This document shows positions 31,196 to 32,000 of a stretch of DNA of 32,000 nucleotides, piece after piece. How positions within the stretch are numbered: the stretch's first letter is position 1; each line of letters begins with the position of its first letter. Source of the DNA: Geobacter metallireducens GS-15 (GTDB lineage Bacteria > Desulfobacterota > Desulfuromonadia > Geobacterales > Geobacteraceae); the NCBI RefSeq assembly GCF_000012925.1, contig NC_007517.1, forward strand, positions 1,320,001 to 1,352,000, given 5' to 3'. The notes beneath the pieces were generated by a model, which saw only the letters and a program-made list of their open reading frames with translations, searched no databases and had not been told where the DNA came from. The position numbers and the translations under genes were made by a program.

Positions 31196-31915
31196 CTACT
31201 GCATTAAATGAACGAGCACCGGCAGCAGCAAAGCGGTAAACAACCCGTTCAGCGCCATGGCCAGGGCCGAAAACGCACCGGCCATCCTGCTCTTCTGAAT
31301 GGCATGGGCGGTGCCGATGCCGTGTGAGGCGACTCCCAGAGCCATGCCGCGGGCGTTGTCGTCCTTGATCCTCAGCAGGTTCAGTATGAAGTCGCCGCCA
31401 ACGGCTCCGGTAATTCCGGTCAGAACGACCACCACGGCGGTTAACGACGGCAAACCGCCGATCTGTTCGGAAATTCCCATGGCGATCGGTGTCGTAACCG
31501 ATTTCGGAGCCACACTCAAAAGGATGATTGTTTCTCCCCCCAGCGCCCAGACAATGCCGACCGCGCTGATGATGGCCGCTACGGAGCCCACTGCCAGGGT
31601 GATGAGAATCGGGATAAAGGACTTTCGGATTACTTCCATCTCCCGATAGAGCGGTATTGCCAGGGCGACCGTTGCCGGACCGAGCAGAAAGTGAATGAAC
31701 TGGGCTCCCCGGAAATAGGTCTGATAATCGATGCCGCTCACCTTGAGCAGCACAACGAGCAGGATGATGGCGGTCAGCACCGGATTCAGCAAAGGAGGGC
31801 AGTCGAGCCTCCGAAAGACCCACGTGCCGATCTGGTACGCGATCAGGGTCAACGTCAGCCACAACAGGGGAGAGGTCGACAGGTACACCCATACCTGCTG
31901 CATTTCAGCGCTCAT
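31196..31915 (-). CDS. lrgB: LrgB/CidB-family membrane protein
   Basis: This is a polytopic membrane protein of 239 aa with LrgB-type segments: LNPVLTAIILLVVLL, LGPATVALAIPLY, SVAPKSVTTPIAMGISEQIGG and LGVASHGIGTA. The ATG overlaps the stop of the upstream small gene (ATGA). Confidence 0.85.
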   Translation of the reverse strand: MSAEMQQVWVYLSTSPLLWLTLTLIAYQIGTWVFRRLDCPPLLNPVLTAIILLVVLLKVSGIDYQTYFRGAQFIHFLLGPATVALAIPLYREMEVIRKSFIPILITLAVGSVAAIISAVGIVWALGGETIILLSVAPKSVTTPIAMGISEQIGGLPSLTAVVVVLTGITGAVGGDFILNLLRIKDDNARGMALGVASHGIGTAHAIQKSRMAGAFSALAMALNGLFTALLLPVLVHLMQ

Positions 31916-32000
31916 TGCCGGGTCTCCTCGTGTGCACAGGCGAGTCGGCGGTTCAGGAATTTCATGACCAGACCGGTTACCCCGATTGTCGCAAGGGTGC
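31912..32000 (-). CDS. lrgA: LrgA/CidA-family holin-like protein, C-terminal 28 codons only (cut by the window edge)
   Basis: The frame is open to the window edge and translates as ...TLATIGVTGLVMKFLNRRLACAHEETRQ*. The hydrophobic C-terminal helix followed by a basic tail, and the ATGA overlap with lrgB, match the usual lrgAB arrangement. The fragment is too short to be certain. Confidence 0.5.
   Translation of the reverse strand, partial: TLATIGVTGLVMKFLNRRLACAHEETRQ

Overview
This is a GC-rich bacterial chromosomal segment. Single-line spot counts give about 57-78% GC, apart from one stretch at about 42-48%. Multihaem c-type cytochromes and three GEMM-I riboswitch copies of the type common in Geobacter suggest a Geobacter-like (Desulfuromonadota) genome. 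That assignment is inference, because no database search was possible.

Gene order, left to right:
- A 5'-truncated peptidoglycan-binding, lysozyme-like gene, translationally coupled to corA (+).
- A TolC-family outer-membrane gene (-).
- A monohaem cytochrome c with a roughly 70-residue Pro/Ala/Thr linker, preceded by tandem GEMM-I riboswitches (-).
- A three-gene minus-strand operon: two giant family-less ORFs (1500 aa and 1251 aa) and an internally duplicated outer-membrane beta-barrel.
- Divergently, a third GEMM-I riboswitch driving a secreted subtilisin-like (S8) protease (+).
- A long minus-strand run: lrgA (partial), lrgB, a DUF1003 membrane protein, a JAB/MPN-like peptidase, a pentapeptide-repeat protein with an uncharacterised alpha/beta C-terminal domain, a 2159-aa protein, DUF3300, DUF2950, a heptahaem cytochrome, and a TIR-TM-3xPASTA protein.
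- The 2159-aa protein combines two alpha/beta-hydrolase (lipase/LCAT-like) domains, a CHAT caspase-like protease domain, a helical region, a beta-sandwich and a C-terminal TIR domain.

Best candidates for undescribed biology:
1. The JAB / pentapeptide / giant hydrolase-CHAT-TIR cassette (21653-30632). Its two small genes have visibly lower GC than their surroundings.
2. The giant two-ORF plus OM-barrel operon (4703-13958), which is bracketed by inverted riboswitch copies.
3. The membrane-spanning TIR-PASTA protein (16036-17790).

All family calls rest on motifs read directly from the translations and recalled from memory. No HMM, BLAST or structure search could be run.
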